Shown piece by piece: positions 13,665 to 27,411 of a stretch of DNA of 64,000 nucleotides. The stretch is from the NCBI GenBank assembly GCA_002633005.1, contig NMRA01000102.1, forward strand, positions 940,880 through 1,004,879, read 5' to 3'. How positions within the stretch are numbered: position 1 is the stretch's first letter; each line of letters opens with the position of its first letter. The notes under the pieces are model-generated. The model was not told the DNA's origin and did not search any database. It saw only the letters and a list, made by a program, of their open reading frames with translations. This DNA comes from Phoronis australis (lineage: Eukaryota; Animalia; Phoronida). Position numbers and translations under genes: made by a program.

Positions 13665-14205
13665 TGTGTCAGTTCACTAAGCCAGGGTTTGTTTTGTTTA
13701 TGTAGTTTGTAGTGTGGCCACCAGGTGTCTTCTCTACTTACTGTAGAGTGGCACATGTGCTCTTGCATTTTCCTTCAGCTATTGTCTTTGAACCATTGTT
13801 ATGGAGATGTACTCAGATTGACCATGGGTGTGGTGCACAGCCGCTGCATTAGTTTTCTGACAGTCTTGTGAGACAGATGTTAGGTTTGGCAGCCACAGGG
13901 CTTCACATTCTGTAAGTGGAAATTTTGTTATTTTGTTTTCTCATATACTGTGTAAAGCCAGTAACTAGAATTTGGTCAGTGAGTTGCTTACTCTGCTTAG
14001 TCTGACTTAACTGCTAGTTTAGTTACTGTTTGTAAGTTTTGCTGTTTAGCTAGAGTGGAATGTTATCCTGTATGCAGATTTAGTTTGGTAGATTTTGGTA
14101 TCTCGCTGATTGTAGTTTTGTTATTTTTTCAGTAAACGTATGTATGTGACACAGAACCAAGGTGTTTTCTTTAATCCGGATTCCCCAGCCTGTGGTGTCG
14201 TCACA
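13665..14205 (+). mobile_element. Solo LTR inserted in the transposase
   Basis: TGTGTC...GTCACA ends, TCG duplicated on both sides, AGTAAA near the 3' end; removal restores ATA ATC GTA GAT GAG (IIVDE). Confidence 0.75.
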
Positions 14206-14593
14206 TCGTAGATGAGCTTCGTCTGTTGTTGCGTGTAACTGACCGCCTCATTGAAAATCTGATTGAAGAATGCTTGGAAATGGACACTTTAAAGAAATAC
14301 AAACGTATAGTTGTACACAGATGTCACTTGCAAACCCGGATTCCCATTTAAATCGCCTACTGAAGGCTATCCGGTCATGTGGGGTAAATTTCAAAATTTG
14401 GAAAACAAAGCTGCCTAGTGGCAAAGGTCATTTTGATGAATCGAACTTGGTGGGGAAAGAAAAAAGAAACTGCTTTGTTCATTGCCAGAGACACTGTTAT
14501 GTAATGTATTAAATCCTGATACAGAGAATCAAGTTATCAAGCTTTGGCATGATTTTGCGATTATTTACTAATCTATTTTTCCTACTACTAAGT

Positions 14594-15464
14594 AAGTAAA
14601 GTAAGTATTTTTTATTATAGTCACATGTGTGCAAATGAATCTAAACAATGAATACGTTACAAAGACTAGGAACACCCAGCCCTCCAGGTGGCTTATAAGT
14701 CGTCTTAGATACATGATACAAAAAAGAAAAGACAAGTGTACACGCATTGTAAAAGGACCAGAAAGAGAAGGCCGAGATAAAAGTGATCGTAAATAAATAT
14801 TTTTCCTTACTTCAAAATGTATTTAATAAAAACTGAAGTTTTTCTAATAACATCTTTTTGCATGGTTGTAATTAGTTTACTTTCACAGCTTTCTGCACGG
14901 AATCGTGGATATTTAATCTCAACTTGACAGTAAAAGGTGTTTCTGTCATCTAAGAAAAACGGACACTCAAACAGAAAATGTAGTTCAGTTTCGACCTGAC
15001 CAGTGTGACAAAGACAGCAAATTCTGTCATCAAATGCTAGAGAACGAAAACGCCCAACCCCAACCAATAGCTATAGGGTTCCGGTTCTAATTTGAGCAAG
15101 AATTGACCTACTAGACCGAGTTAAGTCTAAAAGCACGCAAGGCTTAACTTCAAAGACATTATTCATCAAAACATAGGTTCTTAACTTTCGAACGGCTTTC
15201 AAACAACCACCTGTTACAGGCCAAATCATGCAAAATATTCTTACACTGAGACAGATTAACTGTACGTAAGTTATGAAAACAATCCGAAATCCCTTATTCT
15301 TCAAAAATGCTCAAAACTTCAGGAGACCAATTATTAGTACAAGTACTGTAGTCCAACCAAAATATTCGGTATGTTAGTCTATCATCCTCGAAATTAATTA
15401 TACAATTCCACATTCTCAAAAGCTATTTTCCACTCCTTGTCACCCATAACAGCATGATTAGGGG
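14594..15464 (-). mobile_element. 5'-truncated non-LTR retrotransposon 3' fragment (L2/CR1/Daphne-like)
   Basis: APNHAVMGDKEW, LRMWN..RLTYRIF, and zinc motif RICCLCHTGQVETELHFLFECP; AATAAA plus a (TTAC)n tail at ~14594-14616; ctac(t)aagt on both flanks; removal restores the transposase frame (SIFPTTSVETR). Confidence 0.8.
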
Positions 15465-16697
15465 CTACAAGTGTAGAAACTCGTTCCTGTGAGGAACCTT
15501 TTGAAATGACTAAGCAGTGGGTTCTTCTGTTTTTGTCGCTTGAAGGCAGGCGCACTGGGTACGAGCGCCAACGAATAACACCTTATATACATAGTCTACC
15601 ATATTCCAAGTTTGTGTGCAGCTCATGGAGGATTGCTGAATTTTAGTGTATTAGGCATGGAAAAGCTAAACGACATAGCAAAATGCATACACACTCATAA
15701 ATCTAATAAATTTGGTGCCTGCTCTGATGTCGTTCAAACAGCATGGAAGCAAAACCATCTGGCTGGTCAAAAAGAAATTCCAATGTGTACAAAAAGTCTG
15801 ACAGAGAATACTGAAAGCGTGGCATTTTTGAAAAAAGCAAAAGATTGAGCTCCAGCCACCTGTGGAGCCATGCTATGATGTTCAATGTTCATCTCAAGTG
15901 ATTGAACTCGTGTCCTTGGAACAAATGAAACACAAAGTTAAGGAACTCGGCTTGAAAACGAAGTTGCGAAGTGGAGCAAAGCTTCGACATTTCCTTAAAA
16001 TTCATATGAAAGATTGAGCCGAAATTTTTGGCACAGCTTAATCAACAAAACTAGTTTACGATTAAGCTGAAATCTCTTATTAGTTTCGACTCCAGAACAT
16101 AGCCATCTAGTAAAAAACTTTACATTAGTTTCAGTACATGTAGATTGCATGACTAGAAAGTGGTTGATATTATTTGTGTACTTGGTGCTAATATGGTAAT
16201 AAATTGAAGATGTTATTACTTATTCTGTTTGGTAGTGTAGGAAGTATGCTGCTGCTAAGATATCAAGTCTGTTTTAAGCTCAAGATAATTTTGACATTGC
16301 TGTTCAGATTTTTTTACTTTTGTATATCTTCTAGTCATACATTGTTGTTTTTGATATTTTACCTGTTGTGTAAGTTCTTGAGTTATGTTTTACATATTTA
16401 TCACAGGTATAGTAAGTGGGAAGCATTGATTGGGACAAACACCCGTAGTGGGGGTGGGGCAGAGCCGTTGTAAGTGTCAACGGGTAGGATAAATGATGGT
16501 CACTGGGGAGTTAATTAAGGAAGTAAACTGGTATTGACCTTGGGCAAAACCGCCTCCCGTTCAGTAACGCTGGGACCTCGCTAAAAAGCAAGACTTCGCG
16601 AGATTACGTGAGATATTGCCGTGTATTTTAAATGAGAAAACGTGACTTTGACTAGGTTTTAGCTAGGTCTTAGCGTATGTCCTAGCGTCTACTTAAC

Positions 16698-17061
16698 NNN
16701 NNNNNNNNNNNNNNNNNNNNNNNNNNNNNNNNNNNNNNNNNNNNNNNNNNNNNNNNNNNNNNNNNNNNNNNNNNNNNNNNNNNNNNNNNNNNNNNNNNNN
16801 NNNNNNNNNNNNNNNNNNNNNNNNNNNNNNNNNNNNNNNNNNNNNNNNNNNNNNNNNNNNNNNNNNNNNNNNNNNNNNNNNNNNNNNNNNNNNNNNNNNN
16901 NNNNNNNNNNNNNNNNNNNNNNNNNNNNNNNNNNNNNNNNNNNNNNNNNNNNNNNNNNNNNNNNNNNNNNNNNNNNNNNNNNNNNNNNNNNNNNNNNNNN
17001 NNNNNNNNNNNNNNNNNNNNNNNNNNNNNNNNNNNNNNNNNNNNNNNNNNNNNNNNNNNNA

Positions 17062-17118
<57 letters not shown>

Positions 17119-17130
17119 TGTGTGTGTGTG
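16698..17130. other. Assembly gap (N 16698-17060) followed by a (TG)n microsatellite
   Basis: Directly visible. Confidence 0.95.
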
Positions 17131-17929
17131 CCTTTGTTTCAATTGCATATATCTCATTATTGTATATCTTAATGTATTTGGAAATAAAATGTTAATAAGG
17201 AAAAAAAATAAGTTACCATTTGAAAATGTGCCAGTGGATTGTTCGTGTGTGAAGAGAAACTATATCTGACTGCTACACCAGCCAGCCTCATGAGTGAGGA
17301 TGCCCTTTCATTATCAATGAGTCATGTGTGGACAATGGCTTGCTTCCTTTCCTGGAAGAAACATGAAGTACTGAAGCTAAACAAAACCTATTGACACTCT
17401 GGTCTAGTTCAGGGTCAAATTTGGGCACATTGCGAGTCAAGTGATATGATGTTGTGGTTACCTTCAATGTTATAATTCTGAACTTTATTGAGGCTGAATG
17501 AGGTTACATGAATGAAAGCCACGTGACGAAACCCTTTTTACAAGCGCTTCTATACATGTACATTTGAAACTCTATCCTAGTGAAATGAAATCCAAAAGCA
17601 TCTGTCATAAATACCTGTCGTTTCTCACCGAGGGACATTAACTTTTCCTTTCAGAAGGAAGGCTTTATACTAAGGGTAAAAACTTTTCAACTTGGTACAC
17701 ATTATGCGGAAATGGCATTCAGGGACTGTATCGATTGTCTCATTGTCTATAACAAAAGTTCCACTTGCAAGCAAAGTATGTTTTCAATCGTAGCTAGCTG
17801 TATAAGAACATGCTATCCAAAAGATTTGAGAATAAACAATAATCAGTGCATTTAAAAGCAAAATGGCAAACTGAACAACCACATACATACAAGGGAACAA
17901 CAATATTTGTTAACAAGAATTGTAATTTT

Positions 17930-19680
17930 CTCACTGCAAGGGCTGACTTTCTGAATTGAGAGGTTCAATTCCCTCAGGTTAGTGCTGAAGGACTCCTTTT
18001 CACTTTGTGGAAATGTAAAATACACGGTAAAGCGGCTGGTTCCCCTGAGTTGTTTTCTCTCACCTATAACAGAATAGTCAGTGAAATATTAGCAAATTAT
18101 AAAAGAAAACGCAAGACAAAACTACTTTTGTAAGGCAGATCTTACTTGACATGTCATCTTCATGTTTATATGTAAATGTACATGTACATGTACATGTAGA
18201 AACTAATAATCTTTGTACCCAAGCCTTATTTATGATCTGAAAGTTAAAATATGTGAAACATAATAAAAGTGATTTGAGAATGTTTATATTTTATGACACC
18301 TGAAATATGTTTTTGATCTCAAAAAAGAATTCAATCTAGGTGTCAGTATTTATTCCAATGCAATGTTACGAATTTACCGTCAGTATAGCCTATTTATGCA
18401 CCGCAAGTAGAGACAGTGGAGCACTGACTAAATCGTCAAAGCCGTATTGTTGTAAATACCTTATGCGTATGCAGGGACACCTTAGGAGTCACTCGATGTG
18501 TTTAATACCTTCCAACTCGTACAAATGCTCCCGTTATGAAAGTTTTTCTTCGCTCAGTCCTTCGTATAGTTGCCTAAATCCGTGAACTGGTCATTTTTAT
18601 GCTGCACGCACTCATATTTTTACCGCGCCTTTAATCTTCCTATACAACTGTAGGAGCTTCATTGTTGCTATCAATGAATGAAAGTTGTTATCAATGTCCA
18701 ATCCTATTTTTAAATTCTGTAACTATGTAATTTCTGCAAATGCTTAATAAAACATATTTCCCATCTGCAGCAGTAAAATTGATCAGTGAATGAAAATTTT
18801 ACAGCCGTAAGTCTACTCACTTGAACTCAGATAATTCTAGGTGGCACATTAGTCATACTAGTAAAAATTGAAAGTCTTTGCTATTTACATGTAATTTCAG
18901 ATGGTGAGCTGTAATATTCCACCGAAAAAGGCAAGGTCAAAGTCATCCATGTTATGTGGAAACCGATATACCCTGACTCTCACGCATACAATGTTAAAAA
19001 ACGCTGCATTAAGGCAGGGGTGCTTGGATTGTTTGAACTCGTTGACATTCAATTCAACATTGATTTGCTGGACACCAGGCCTGTGTTTATCTGCAACTCA
19101 TGCATTTTGTTTTATTCAAAACTCACTCAGCTGCAGAAATCAGCAAGAATGGAGGTCAGCAATCTCATTGCTCAGTCTGAAGATAGACAGAAACCCACTA
19201 ATTGATTCGCCATCTGCTTCGAAGAAGAAAGTAACAGGAGGAAAGAGATAGTTAGATTTTGAGTCCGAATAAGTGGACCATGGGTATTCAGTATTCGAGA
19301 ATTATCAACAACCCAACCCTTTCCTCTCGAACAAGACTAAGGATACAACTGAGCAAATTGATCGGAAACTGTTTCTTAAAATCAGTACATGTTTGGGTGA
19401 CCTTTGCAAGACGTCAGACAAAAGTGTGCTTAGACTTACCATGAGGGACCTGGATGACAAGCTGCTTCTTTGGAAAATTGTGAAAGAAGTGGAAAATTTT
19501 CCACGTGGTCTACCACTTCTGTTACTATGTGTTATTCATGACATATTGGTTTTACTAAGAACGGCTTCACATTAGCCATAATGTATGGGATAGCTATGTT
19601 TGCCAGAAACCCTCTACTCTGTGCTGTACAAATGCTATTGACTGCTGCGTACATTCGTCGTCATGCTTGCAATGGTTTAA
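17930..19680. pseudogene. Divergently oriented degraded coding remnants of a probable DNA transposon (possibly Academ/DUF6589-like N-terminus on +)
   Basis: + strand: PVFICNSC zinc-like motif, LLLWKIVKEV, MYGIAMFARNPLLCAVQMLL; - strand exon-like pieces at ~17935-18063 and ~18378-18620; many stops. Confidence 0.3.
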
Positions 19681-20642
19681 GCTTGAGCATTTCTTCATTG
19701 GAAGAGATGGATCACATTTATAGCTTGCAATTGTTCTTAAGTTATGATTTTAAGCAAAAGTTGATGATAACAAGTATTTGCTGTCTAATTTCAGAACACA
19801 GAAATCATTGCTGATTTTTTTTTCATCCTGAAATTTGAGGCATGATGATTTTTAGATTTTCGTACTTTTCAAATTTCGAACGCTTTGTTTTAGCATAACA
19901 GGTTGCAAGAATATTCTTGTAAGTTCATAAAAGTGACTCTCATGTCAAACATTTAAAAAATTATTACCAGTCCCCTTGGATTTCTGACAGACAATTGTGT
20001 GAGTTTCTAAAAATTGGGTTAAGCTCCGACTTTGATCATAATAATTATCCACTTTCCCTGACTGGAGAATTTTTGCGTAATTAATTTTTGAAATTTAGTG
20101 TGTAGTTGAAGTGTAAAACTGATTGATACTGTAACTGTTCTTATTTATAAGAGGATCTGGTTTAAGAAAAGAGGTTGTGAAAGTGATGGCAACTTATTGT
20201 TTAATTTTTGATCTTAAGTGATTGTGTGGTACTTTTCACCAGCTTTACTTTAGATCGGTAAAAATATCAGTGGCGACATGAAAAGTGACATCATATACAA
20301 TGTACCAATAGTCCATTTCAGGTAATGACTATGAAGCAGTTGATAATAGTGGCAGTACCCCTGTGGTTAAAGAGCCATGACATAAATGCTTTTGATTTAA
20401 AAATCTTGAGGGACTCTCTGGTATGTAAGCTACGAGTGTTTTTCTCAAATAAAATGTGTTTGTACGTGTTGTCAAAATCAGTTGCATACTGAGTTAGCCG
20501 CTGAATGATCTCATTGCTGAATATGCTTAAGGGGGTTTCGATCAAAGAGTGATATTTTTATTCTAAATGTGAAGTGACATACGTAAAAAACCAGTCGCCA
20601 ACCGATGAGAGCGACGTCTTTCGTGAAAATGAGACAGCCAAA

Positions 20643-20950
20643 ATGCCGCACGGTTGCTGCGTAGTGGGATGTACTCATTATCGTCTAGCGCGTTTTGGGT
20701 ATGCCTTCATGTGGCTTTCCGAACATGACAGGATCCGCCGTACTTACCCGTCCACCCAACGTACAAAGCTGAAGAGAATTACCGAGTACTGTACGTGGCA
20801 AGCATTCTCTGTCGTAGGATTACGAATTAGAAACGCACCCAAAAGTGAAGGTTCCTGGAAAACAACGCCTGAAGAACGGTGCCATAACGTCGCTGTTGAT
20901 TCCCGGTAGTGCGAAGTGCATTTTTGAAGCGAGAACCCTCGCGACCCGGT
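20643..20950 (+). pseudogene. THAP zinc-finger domain remnant, copy 1
   Basis: MPHGCCVVGC start; another frame gives VRGKHSLS*DY...RLKNGAITSLLIPG (C-x-x-H-F and AVPT box of THAP). Confidence 0.7.
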
Positions 20951-21454
20951 GCCTCAACAGTGACTGCAGGCTCTACACCAACTGTCACCCGGCGTGGCTC
21001 CAAACCTACTCTCAGAGCAGGCCTGTGGCTAGCAATGCGCGGGGTGGTTTGAATTTCTAGTACGGCCGCACTTAGATATTTTACAAACGTAGGTACTGTA
21101 GGGTTTTTGGTAAGGCCCTTGACGCAGCTTAACTATGGGGGAAGGGAAATCTACATACACAGCGACGACTTTCAGCTCTATCCCAAGAACAGCAGGAATT
21201 CACAATACCACAAAATAGTGAGGATGTCCTTACGGTTTCTCACAAAGAATGAGACCTAAATTCGGATGTAATGTGGTCCATATAGAGAGTGTTCCCGCGT
21301 TAACCCCTGCCAAACTTTCAAACCGGGCGTGCTTAGATGAGTGATTACACCTCATTACATACTCGGACGGAAATATTTAGTTGGAACATGATCTACTTGA
21401 ATTTTTGATCTGGTTGTATTTTGCGTGTTACTTAACTTGCTTGGAAATGGGAAA

Positions 21455-22320
21455 AGCCCAGTATTCCAAAAGTTCACTACTTTGAAGGTTCACTATTCCA
21501 AAGTTCACTACTCCTAAAAGATCTGAAGTTTCGGACTTAGGTATATCAGATATCCACTTTTACCTGAAAAAATAAACGACACTTAGGTTATCAGATGCAC
21601 TAGGTGGTTTACCTATGCTCAAACAACGCCCGGATTTCATGCCCTTTGGAAATTGCCCCGTGTCTTTCGAAACCAGAGAATGAGTACGCACTTGAATTTT
21701 TAAAAGATTATGAATTAGGAATATTTATGAATTTTGAACCACGATACATTCATCAAATCCAAGATCGCATCATTTCACACCGTGACTGAGCTAGTTTAGT
21801 GCCGCTAGTCCTCAAACTCATCCATCGAAACCACGCACATGGCCGGGTCGAAACTAAATGTAGTTAGTAGGATACTCTGTCCCTGCCAGTCTTCACGAAG
21901 TCGAAGAGTCCCATTCAGTGTTCTTAAATTTAAAACCACCGCTATTGGTCGCTGAACGCCTGACCCGATGTTGTCCCTGCTTGAGACTGAATGAGTCGTT
22001 AGTTAGCAAGATTGAAGATTCACGATTGGCAGTGATTGGAACTGAGCTCATTTGTAAACAATGTAATCAATGTTTCAAGAACTATTGCACTTTTGTACAT
22101 CCTTTAAATAGTAACTAAATGGGCACAAATACAATACTTTTCTCATGTCAGCCCCGACTCCTTAGCAGACAATCAGAGTAATGAACTGTTGGAGTTCTGG
22201 TTACGGAATTGTGGACATTCAAAGTAGTGTTGTGAACTATCGAAGGTAACGAACTTTCGCAGTAACTTCGGAGTAGTGGACTTTCGGAGTGGTGAGCCTT
22301 CGGAATAGTGACATGTAACC
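21455..22320. mobile_element. Non-autonomous DNA element with inverted subterminal repeat arrays
   Basis: GTTCACTA(T/C)TCCAAA repeats at 21460-21515 mirrored by TTCGGAGTAGTG repeats at 22220-22310; ends GACATGTAACC. Confidence 0.55.
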
Positions 22321-23423
22321 TTGGTACTGATCTTTTCCATCAATTTTTGCTCCTGTGACGCCTGCGAGACTGTGAGTCATTGGCACTTATTGACAAGAGA
22401 AGACTTTCTTCATTGACAAAATTTTTTATCGTAATTTGTTGCGTTAAACAGCTCGTTAAATGTCACAAGTAAACAAGTTATTGAGCGACTGGGACGCGTT
22501 TGCATGTGAAGTGCTCATGACATGAACGACATTTACGAACGAGATAACAGTTAGCGAAGTGTCGTGTGAAAGCTTCGCAGGTCACATCGATAAACCGACA
22601 AACACTGCATCACATGTCTAGGCCATCTCTTGCAAAATCCAAGTGCTTGCTGTACGATGATTGCTTTCTCATGGTTCCAGTTACTGAGAAAAGTCATTAA
22701 GATATCTCGAGCAACCCATCCTTAGTGTTTATTTTCGCAAACACTTGTGTAGAGATTTTATGCAAACATGTTACTTGCGACGGGGCTTATCAACATAAAG
22801 GGACGATTTCGCAGTGTAGTGCTTTTGCATATATACATGTATTTAGCAGTGCATATACATGTAGGTCTCACGCTCAGTGTGCGATATTTTCTCACATTCT
22901 AAAACTCACATTGCTGAGAACTGGTGTTTACGAAGCTTGACCAAGCCATCTTCCGCTGTGCTTATACTTTTGTTTCTACTCTACACGTTGTTGTGCATTG
23001 AACTTTCAAATATATTAAAAGTTTGTCGGAAACTTAGAGCCAATCCAACCGGATATAAACAATTGAAATATTCACTAAACAGTTGTGCAGCAGTGTGTCG
23101 TATTAGCTTCAATGGATTCATTAGTTTTTTGTCTATTTTCCTGTTCTAGCTTCTCTGAACAGCAAATAATGATAGAGATATTTACCCCGCGTTGACCAAA
23201 CCACCGGAAAAAAACGATGGAAACTGTGCTGATACGTAGATCTTGAGGTATGACCTACATGGCAAAAGTTACCAACGATGGAAAGTTGATTAACGCTGCA
23301 AGCAGGCGATTGTGTCAGTAAAAACACATAGGCCTACTTCTTTGAATACATGGAACAAGTACATTAAAAAGGTTTGAAGGTTGTTTTGAGACAATTATAA
23401 GTTCAAATTATTGTAATCCATAA

Positions 23424-24305
23424 TTAGGCGCATGGATGTATATGGAGATCACTTTGCTTTGTCACAAGATTTTTTACTCAAATGTCCCGCGTATAGGCGC
23501 ATGAGCCTAAGTTTAGCAATTAGGTGGAGGCAGTGCTCTGTTTATAGGCGCACCTAGTATCATTTTAAAAACTACAGTTATACTAAACGCATTTTATTTT
23601 GCACAGCGTGTGGCGTTATTGACACTCTAGATGAGTACAGGACCAGTTAAATTCTAAAAATTCGCGTCTTGGCGCATGGGCCTAAGTTCAGCATTCAGGC
23701 ACAGGCAGTGCTCCGGTTATAGGCGCACCTACAGTCATTTAAAAATACACTAAATGCGTTTCATTTCACACAGCGTGTGGCGTTAATGGAGACTGGGTGA
23801 GTACAGGGACAGTTAAATTCTTTACATACAATTTTAAAACCCATTATAAGGTTTATTTTCAAGAAAAGAATTACATATGAAATAGTACTCGGTTCATTTC
23901 CCCATCTAAAAACTTACTTAACTGCCACAACATCTAACTGTAATCGAGTCTTGATTGTTCAACCTGACTGTCTACCACCGTGGCATTGGCTTTCATGTCT
24001 AATCCGAATCTAACGAGTCTTATTCGCTGTCTGCGTTCGAAGACGTGATCGAGGTGGATTTGGAGTTCCAGTCCAAGTCGATCATTTCATTGAGGTTATA
24101 CGGCTGCCTTGTCCAGAGCAGATCGGACAGTGGAACCACTTCGCACTAAACAAATGATCGTTTAATAGCATTCTCGTCCAAGTGCACCTACATGTATATC
24201 TGGGGCACCATAATCAACAGCGTTTCTACTTAACTGTCCTTCATATTGGGCATGCGCCTGAATTCCGAAATTAGATGCGTTATGCAGTTAGGCACATGCG
24301 CCTGG
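23424..24305. repeat. Element with two tandem ~175-bp units (23496-23655, 23671-23821) and inverted GGCGCAT/ATGCGCC motifs
   Basis: ggcgcatg.gcctaagtt.agca..aggcagtgctc..ttataggcgcaccta..cacagcgtgtggcgtta..gagtacagg..cagttaaattct occurs twice. Confidence 0.65.
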
Positions 24306-24747
24306 GGGGCTTCACAAAAACTCTTGATATTTTAGTCAGGTATAAATAACGAATCCGGCGAAAAACGTCTTCCCTAAAAATATTACAATCCCTCAGAAAA
24401 CTAATGATGAAGTCCCGGGGTATGAAAATAAACCACTTATTTACCTTACCGACACAATTTTGAAATAGCGCCTTAAACGCTAAAATGAAGCCTATTCGCT
24501 TAAGCAGCGCGTCAGTCCCTATGCCAACCCTCCGTGGTGTAGCACAACAGGTTCAGGCTGCAGACACATGCGAATGGGCATAACTAAGGAAATTTACTGT
24601 ACGAACAGACTGGTCTGATACGCCAGAAAATGTAACAATTTCGTAAAATGTTACATTTTAGGTCATTTTTTACATTTCACGTTGCTGGGTCTCATAAAAA
24701 TGTATCAAGCTGTTACATTTTATGTCACTGTTAAAATTTACTTCGAA

Positions 24748-25290
24748 TGTGTCAGAATATAGACTGGCACTGTTTTTAGTTGTATTGTTTTATTGTCCTG
24801 TTTGATTGGCATGACCTCTGAGTTAGGTACAATGATGGTGTCATTTGTTTACTACAGAATAGTTTGGAAGTTTCTAGAAGACTCTAGCATGATAGTGATT
24901 AATGTAGTCTTGAATATTCTAGAGACTAGTATACATGTATGGTTGTAGAATGATTGGGTAGATTCCGGATATTTATGGCATGTGCTTGAATAGGTGAAAT
25001 GTTCTAGAACATTGCGTTATTCTATAAATACACAAACACGGGTTTGTATTAGTCAGTTAATGAGAAGAAAAGCAGTTAAGCACCTCAGCAGTCTGAGTAA
25101 GCAGAAAGTAAAGCAGTCAACAGTTAAACAGTTGAGAGAATTACAGTTGATTTGCAGTAAAGAGAATCAGCAGTTACAGCGATAGTCAATAGAGAACCAG
25201 CTATAGAGACAGCACAGCATGTTATTGAATCAACGAGTGTGACAGTTGCTGAACTTGTCTCAGAAGTTCATAACAAGTCAAGGCTTCTCA
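24748..25290 (+). mobile_element. LTR-like fragment with heat-shock-element-like array and TATA box
   Basis: Starts with TG; repeated TTCTAGAA/GAAnnTTC motifs at 24865-25012, TATAAATA at 25023, then a CAGTT-rich R-like region; 3' end not found. Confidence 0.5.
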
Positions 25291-26139
25291 GCACTGGCTG
25301 GAGCACAGAAATGACATTACGTCGGACGTTTTGTTTGAGTAGGCTTGTGGACGTACGGTCGAGATTAATGAACACAAGTATTACCTAGCTCGCATATAAG
25401 GCAATTTGATGCATTAACCCTTTTAAAACATTACATTAAAAGCTCATATTAAACATCGCTGAGTTCAACATTGGCCGTTTTTGCTCCAGTACAATCCACT
25501 TTCAATGAAACGAAGTTAAAATCACTCTGTTAAGTCACTGTGTTTTTCTAGGAATAGTGGCCCACATTCTACATAAAATCGTTGCGTGTTTTGTATGGCC
25601 GTTACCAGCTATTCCAATGATCCGGTAACCACAGCCATCTAGTCCTTAGTTCTCAAAAATGTCTTCCTCCAGGGTTCAAGTTAACGCAATTTTTCAACTT
25701 ACGCATCATCGTGGAACGATCCCCAGTTCTTTGAAAAGGAATGTTCTCAAAAAGAGATAAAATGATTACACGGCGGGTATCCTCATGTTTAGATGTAAGT
25801 CGCAAGTAAAATATTGCAGTCTGAATTGATTTCTTCAAGGTAAACTACAGATCGATACAGTTACTGTATATTAAGAAGCAGAAATTCGTGGTAGCAAACG
25901 CAAGCATCAGTCGTTTCCATTAACACGCAGTTATCCCCCATAACAGCTCATTCAAACGGTTTTCGGAACTTTCCATATGTTCCGTTGTCTGTTCACGGCG
26001 CCTCTCCAGTATTTCTTGATCAGTGTATTCCAGCCTAAAAATGCTTAGAGTGTATATCAAACTAAAACAAACTCTTTCTCATTTGATACAACTTGTGATG
26101 CCTTTGGAGTGTTCGTGAGTGCAACTATTTTGAGAATCC

Positions 26140-27410
26140 AGTACTGAATAAAGCACAGGAAACACTCGAAGTCATGATGGGTAAGCACTATCCTGATAGT
26201 GTAAACCTGTCGAACCAATGTTCATAAGTGACTGACTCTGGGGAGTGTGAACCATTAGCTTATGCTGATGTTGAAAACATAGCCACACCACATCTCGTGG
26301 AGTTAGCTCTCTAAAGTCTTTCAAACCATGGAAGTCCACAGTACTAGACATGCTATATCCTATAATGTTTCAAGAAGCTGGGATACCACTATTCCAAATA
26401 CTCACAGCAACTTACAAAGCCAGTCTTAGATTAGATTATATCCCCAAGGCTTGGACTGAAGCTAGGGTAGTCTTCATTCCTAAACCAGGGAAAAACTCAT
26501 ACCATTTGGCTAAATCAATTAGGCCTTTAACCTTAACATCCTTTCTTCTCAAAGGACTGAAAAGGCTCATTCTGAGGCATCTTGATAAACAAGTAATACA
26601 GAACAAACTTCAGAACAATCAGTATGCTTATAGGCCTGGCTTCTCCACGGAGACTGGATAGGGCTGTTTTTAATTAACAATATGCCCTCTCCGCCTTCAT
26701 TGATCTTGTTGGTGCTTTCAGCAATATTAAGCATGGTGCAATCCTAATTGCACTGAACCACTTTAAATTGAATAGGTGTCTTACCAGTTAGGTCATCAAC
26801 GTGCTTGGAAGTCAATCTGTGACTGCTTGTCTAGACAATGTGAGAGAGCGGTTCGCATCACCAGAGGAAAACCTCAGGGTGGCGCTCCCTCAACCACCCT
26901 CTTTAACATGGTTATAGATAGTTTGCTTCGGCAATTATCTACTGACATGGGTCCAAGCTTGTATGTTCAAACCTATACAGATGATATTGTTCTCAGTGTG
27001 TCTAGCATCGATCCTGACACATGTCGCTATCTTGCTCAAAGAGCACTGAGTACAACAGCCACATGGGCTAAGTCAGTTGGCTTAGAAATTAGTGGTAGCA
27101 AAACAAAGGTGATTATGTTCACTTGGAAGCTTAAATGGTCAATGCGGCCTTTCACGCTGAATGGCAAACATCTTGATCTTGTAGACAAGGCGATTTACTT
27201 AGGTGTCACTTTACACCATCGTCTTTCCTGAACCCCGCATAGTACAGAAAAAATCTCAAAAGCCAAATCTGCATTGGCGAGATGCAGTCGTACGTTGGGT
27301 AAAACTTGGGGAATGTCTCCCAAGAATATGTTCTGGATTTATACAGCTGTTATCGGACCTATAATGTCCAATGCTGCGTCGATATGGGAAACAGCATTAA
27401 AACATATTTT
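26140..27410 (+). pseudogene. Degenerate non-LTR reverse transcriptase (R1/LOA-like)
   Basis: YIPKAWTEARVVFIPKPGK..RPLTLTSFLLK; GKPQGG..LFNMVID; QTYTDDIV; YLGVTL; GKTWGMSPK..WIYTAVI; multiple stops and frameshifts; cut off by the repeat at 27412. Confidence 0.85.
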
Positions 27411-27411
27411 A

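Larger units (their letters stand above)
13160..15850 (+). pseudogene. Degenerate RAG1/Transib/Chapaev-like DDE transposase, interrupted by two insertions
   Basis: Reconstructed peptides: VIAVVKGHESY..YLAADYKFFLLVLGMNGATSN*ACIYCKVHK; LIIVDELRLLLRVTDRL; IRSCGVNFKIW; KQWVLLFLSL..RITPYIH; FSVLGMEKLND. These parallel RAG1 D..GL..S.Y.CxxC, DxLH, TNYFH and E-x-x-N motifs; stops and frameshifts present. Confidence 0.7.
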
